This document shows, piece by piece, positions 63,475-64,000 of a stretch of DNA of 64,000 bases. A model generated the notes under the pieces. That model was not told where the DNA came from and searched no databases. It worked only from the letters and a program-made list of their open reading frames with translations. The stretch is from positions 88,722,001 through 88,786,000 of the forward strand of contig NC_043002.1 of the NCBI RefSeq assembly GCF_006345805.1, read 5' to 3'. A program made the position numbers and the translations under genes. Numbering within the stretch: position 1 is the stretch's first letter; each line of letters opens with the position of its first letter. The DNA comes from Octopus sinensis (lineage: Eukaryota).

Positions 63475-64000
63475 TAGTGGTCGTATACCGTCAACTCAAT
63501 GTGACAGTCCCGTAAGGGAATTACACCACCGCCATTTAGCCCTAGGAAACATCGACGTCTCCTGTCGACTTTGACACATTTTCTGTGTCCTTATATTTGC
63601 AAAGGGGAGGCAATCACCCCCGCCAGCTGGGACTAGCACCTGAAGACATATGTTTCTGAGTGTATTGCTCATGGTCAGTTCAGGGTAGCCTGTCTCGCTC
63701 GCTGAGATGACCGCAACCTCTCTGCAAACATATCATATTATCAGTAAAATTTATTTACTGATCACGGAAATTAGAAATATTGAATTTCTAAATGTCGCAG
63801 AGAGACATAAGCGGTGGTGAAGCGATATAGTGGTCATATACTGTCAACTCAATGTGACAGTCCCGTGAGGGAATTACACCACCGCCGACACAGAAAATGC
63901 GTCACAGCCGACAGGAGACGTCAATGTTTTCTAGGGCTAAATGGCAGTGGTGTAATTCCCTCACGGGACTGTCACATTGAGTTGACAGTATATGACCACT
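63475..64000 (-). mobile_element. Second retrozyme-like element: ~353-bp monomer, partial tandem copy, then inverted copy; runs off the window
   Basis: TAGTGGTC.TATAC.GTCAACTCAATGTGACAGTCCCG at 63475 and 63828. 63888-64000 is the reverse complement of 63476-63588. Homologous to 24390-24806. Confidence 0.75.
63639..63684 (-). ncRNA. Type I hammerhead, G8 mutated
   Basis: On the minus strand: cctgaa-CTGACCA-tgag-caataca-ctca-GAAAC-atat-GTC-ttcagg. All three stems pair; stem III palindrome ACATATGT. Confidence 0.7.

Overview
This is an AT-rich eukaryotic genomic window made almost entirely of microsatellites and transposable-element debris. The repeat families look like those I recall from Octopus genomes; that assignment is an inference, not a database result. 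I recognise no host protein-coding gene, rRNA, true tRNA or CRISPR array, and nearly every ORF in the supplied track is a translation of a microsatellite or SINE. Supported content: several tRNA-derived SINE families, RTE-clade LINE fragments (best copy 28779-30128 with the YADD motif), mariner and maT (DD37D) remnants and MITEs, an hAT MITE carrying telomere-like repeats with 8-bp TSDs, and Penelope-like element (PLE) remains including a Neptune-type GIY-YIG endonuclease fragment. The main signal is a set of type I hammerhead ribozyme (HHR) motifs that I folded by eye in about six apparently unrelated repeat families. Most have a (near-)palindromic stem III and sit in tandem or inverted repeat structures. 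One family is a ~354-bp ORF-less monomer with one HHR per unit, present twice with compensatory stem changes, which is the architecture of a non-LTR retrozyme (putative circular-RNA retroelement). Variant cores include a U3-A8 swap and a 58-nt stem II. Coordinates were counted by hand and boundaries of decayed elements are approximate.
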